Assembly: GCF_000002075.1 (NCBI RefSeq)
Contig: NW_004797290.1
Location: forward strand, 2,260,123-2,324,122
Source: Aplysia californica
Taxonomy: Eukaryota
Length of the DNA: 64,000 bases
Direction: 5' to 3'
The translations under genes were made by a program, and so were the position numbers. A model generated the notes under the pieces. The model worked only from the letters and a program-made list of their open reading frames with translations. It was not told the origin of the DNA and made no database searches. Numbering within the stretch: position 1 is the stretch's first letter; every line of letters begins with the position of its first letter. This document shows, in pieces, positions 63,946 to 64,000 of the stretch.

Positions 63946-64000
63946 AATTTTCCCACACTATAGACAATACTATAATCAATAAATTATAAGTGGCATATAT

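Noticed and set aside
1-64000. CRISPR array, operon or other prokaryotic system
   Set aside because: Spliced eukaryotic genes throughout, and no regularly spaced repeat-spacer array seen.

Overview
Intron-rich, AT-rich eukaryotic genomic DNA with three assembly gaps (N runs at about 12233-12331, 27223-27365 and 31175-31365). The repeat content suggests a mollusc, probably a gastropod; this is inference. I rebuilt four spliced genes by hand from GT-AG sites and reading-frame phase. (1) An unusually large SLC16/MCT-family transporter (+, 11 coding exons, 2035-19151, about 1068 aa). (2) ZNF622/Rei1-like 60S maturation factor (-, 7 coding exons, 32274-25425, 373 aa). (3) RPL37A/eL43 (+, 4 exons, 38985-45451, 92 aa). 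(4) The 3' end of an unidentified gene (-, 63600-60478). ZNF622 and RPL37A appear to be transcribed head-to-head from a shared promoter of about 100 bp. The rest is mostly transposon-derived: hAT, piggyBac-like and Tc1/pogo-like MITEs (several with intact target-site duplications, some nested), tRNA-SINEs, LINE 3' ends, and decayed hAT, Sola1-like and Penelope-like coding remnants. There are also two long inverted repeats and (AGATCT)n palindromic arrays. The best leads are the ribosomal-protein/ribosome-biogenesis bidirectional promoter, the stacked uORFs and possible intronic polyadenylation of the transporter, a perfect 96-bp inverted duplication just after RPL37A, and a dispersed GTTAnnTCCCCT-type motif. 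I found no clear new multi-gene system.
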